Translations under genes and position numbers: made by a program
Notes under the pieces: model-generated
Databases searched by the model: none
Seen by the model: the letters and a program-made list of their open reading frames with translations, nothing else
Told to the model about the DNA's origin: nothing
Shown: positions 49,243 through 51,587 of the stretch, one piece after another
Position numbering within the stretch: the stretch's first letter is position 1
Layout: every line of letters begins with the position of its first letter
NCBI RefSeq assembly: GCF_001194135.2
Contig: NC_068989.1
Span: 80,320,330-80,371,916, forward strand
Reading direction: 5' to 3'
DNA from: Octopus bimaculoides
Taxonomy: Eukaryota
DNA length: 51,587 nt

Positions 49243-49844
49243 TTGCATCCCATAAGTGTTTAATAGTGTATTATGAACGAAGATCACAGTCCGCACAAAA
49301 TCAAAGTATGATATGTAAACAGCTGTGTGGTAAGAAGCTTGCTTCGCAAACACATGGTTCGCCGGGTACATTTTGGGTATCTCACCCCCATTAAAATTGG
49401 GTTATCTCCCCAATAAAAAGTTGAGATTGGATTAAAAGGGTTAGATCGTGTTGATTCAATACTTCAACACATTGTTGACGTTTGGCCTCCTCAAGAGGCC
49501 AAACGTATGATTTGTTATAAAAATGTTATTAGATTCAATAAGTTGTTTAATTTTTCAGGTTTCAAGTTTATTAACTTATTTAGTTTTGTATTAACTTATT
49601 TAGTTTTGTGGATTTGGTAAGCAAACAAAGTCCGACGTATGTATGGTGGGGGGAGCGTGTGTGTGTATACGGCAAACCACAACTTTAGATGCTGCTCAAA
49701 CTGGAATTTTGGTACCGCACGTATTTGAGCACCCACAACGATTACTTGTCAGTTTGGGTCTTCCTAACGAAAAATTTTCATATCCTTTACACACATGTGT
49801 GTGTTTGTACGTGTGTGTGCGTGCGCACATATCTATGTGTGCGT

Positions 49845-50060
49845 GTCTATGTGTCTGTTTGTTCTTCAACACTGCTTCACAACCGGTGATGGTGTGTTTA
49901 TGCCTCCCGTAACCTAGCGGTTCAGCAAAAGACACTCATAGAATAATTACAAGGCATAAAAAAACCAAGACCTGAAGCCAATTTGTTCGACTAACACCAT
50001 TCAAGGCGGTGCCCCAGCATGGCTGCAATCAAATATCCGAAACAAGTAAAAGAATAAAAT
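49845..50060 (+). mobile_element. SINE family A 3' half
   Basis: gcttcacaaccggtgatggtgtgtttatgcctcccgtaacctagcggttcagc...ggtgccccagcatggctgcaatc...gaaacaagtaaaaga. Confidence 0.8.
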
Positions 50061-51231
50061 TAAACACAAATTTATATATTACTCCGAAGACTGATAAAAA
50101 AAAGTTGAAGAGCCTCAATTTTTGAGCCGTATTACGTTCTTATCATTTCACCAATTTATGAGAAATAAGCAACCAATATGTTTATAATATAACCAGTAGC
50201 TAAGGCACCGAGAATCGTCAGGTGGTGGTCATTGTTGTTGTCGTTTTCTAATTCCGGTTGAGTTTTCAAGGAACATTCTCGCCATTTTTCTTTTATCAGG
50301 AATTCTATATCAATCATTGCTTTAACTAATATGTTCATGTTTGTTTACGAAGTTTGTGTGTGTATTTCCAAAGAGATTCGGCTGCTATTTCTCGCAGTGT
50401 GAACAATGCATAGTTATTATTATCTTGGCTCGTGATGTTACCAATGTTCAGCACCGAATCGACCAATTGGGCGCGCCTAAAATATAAGTCATAAATAACT
50501 AATTATATTATATACAGGATGTGATGCTGTTTCCATGAATAAGAAAACTTCTCTCCGTAAAAATAGGTCATGACAGGAGTGTAGAGATTTCGTGGATTCT
50601 GCAATTTGAAATCTTGGCTCATACCCTGGTATGAGTAAAGTAAGACTTAAGAAAGATGCTAAGTTATAATGTTTACAATCTTAATTATGCGCTCATATGA
50701 AATGCACGAGATTATATTCACATTAACAATGTATTGTGTGTGGGTGGGTGCGTCGTTCTCGCGCGTGTGTGTGTGGGTGGGTGCGTCGTTCTCGCGCGTG
50801 TGTGTGTGTGTGTGTGCATATACTGATATGTGTGTGTGTGTTTGTGTGTCTGTGTGTGTGTGGGGGGGGAGAGAAATAGAAAGCATTGTAGTTCGCTTGA
50901 AGTATTGTAATATCGAAGGGGAAAAAGGTAAAATAAGAGAGCTTCTGACAATGCAGAAAGTTTCACTATATGTCAGGCGCAACGGCCCATCCTCAGAAGA
51001 AAACAGTCTGAGAAATGTCCAGTTCCACAAACCTGTTCAAATTCCTTGTTGTCGTTGTTGTTGTTGTTGTTGTTGTGGTGGTGGTGGTGGTGGTGGTGGT
51101 GGTGGTGGTTGTTGTGGTTGTTGTTGTTGTTGTGGTGGTGGTGGTGGTGGTGGTTTTGTGGCAGTGTATATTACGGTGGTGATCACAGTTGCCGTGATGT
51201 TTTCATAGGAGCCTTCAGCTCAACTCCGATC

Positions 51232-51296
51232 GACTGAACCCGGAGAGATGTGGCTGGTAAGCAAGCTACTTACCACACAGCCACTCCTACGCCTAT
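51232..51296 (-). mobile_element. SINE family A head fragment
   Basis: actgaacccggagagatgtggctggtaagcaagctacttaccacacagccactcctacgcc. Confidence 0.85.
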
Positions 51297-51529
51297 ATAA
51301 GAAGTCATTTTGAAAAAGGATGGAAATAAGTATAAAGGGAAATAAGAGAATAAAAGCAAAAATAAAAATATATGTAGGATGTTGTAGATGCAGTTCCATT
51401 ATTCAAGGAAAGCGGTGTGGAGAAGTGATAGAAATGCAGCTTGTCCATGTATGTAAATTCTGATAGGAGAGTTCATATTTGTCATTACAAATGGTATGTG
51501 CGGAGACATACATTCCACACACACACACG

Positions 51530-51587
<58 letters not shown>

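Noticed and set aside
50669-51208. 179 aa ORF
   Set aside because: Mostly (TG)n, a 30 bp tandem duplication and (GTT/GGT)n. The unique middle part is unrecognised.

Overview
This is AT-rich, microsatellite-saturated eukaryotic DNA with about 6 kb of N gaps, most of them inside (TA)n runs. The repeat content resembles an octopus or other coleoid cephalopod draft assembly (inference; no search was run). No host protein-coding gene can be called with confidence, and almost all long ORFs in the track are artefacts of microsatellites, N gaps or antisense SINE sequence. The window is a transposon graveyard. It holds many copies of two tRNA-headed SINE families (here A and B), two further SINE types that share head and tail modules, and two internally deleted DD37D (maT-type) mariner copies. 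It also holds hAT and Tigger-like MITEs, three long foldback palindromes, and RTE-like and CR1-like LINE remnants. The most striking signal not explained by the ORF track is five type I hammerhead-ribozyme folds with palindromic helix III and no evident sequence similarity to each other (4804+, 15786+, 30622+, 36657-, 39887-). Two of these have an intact or nearly intact catalytic core. This architecture is known from Penelope-like elements and retrozymes. All folds were paired by eye, and none has been tested for activity.
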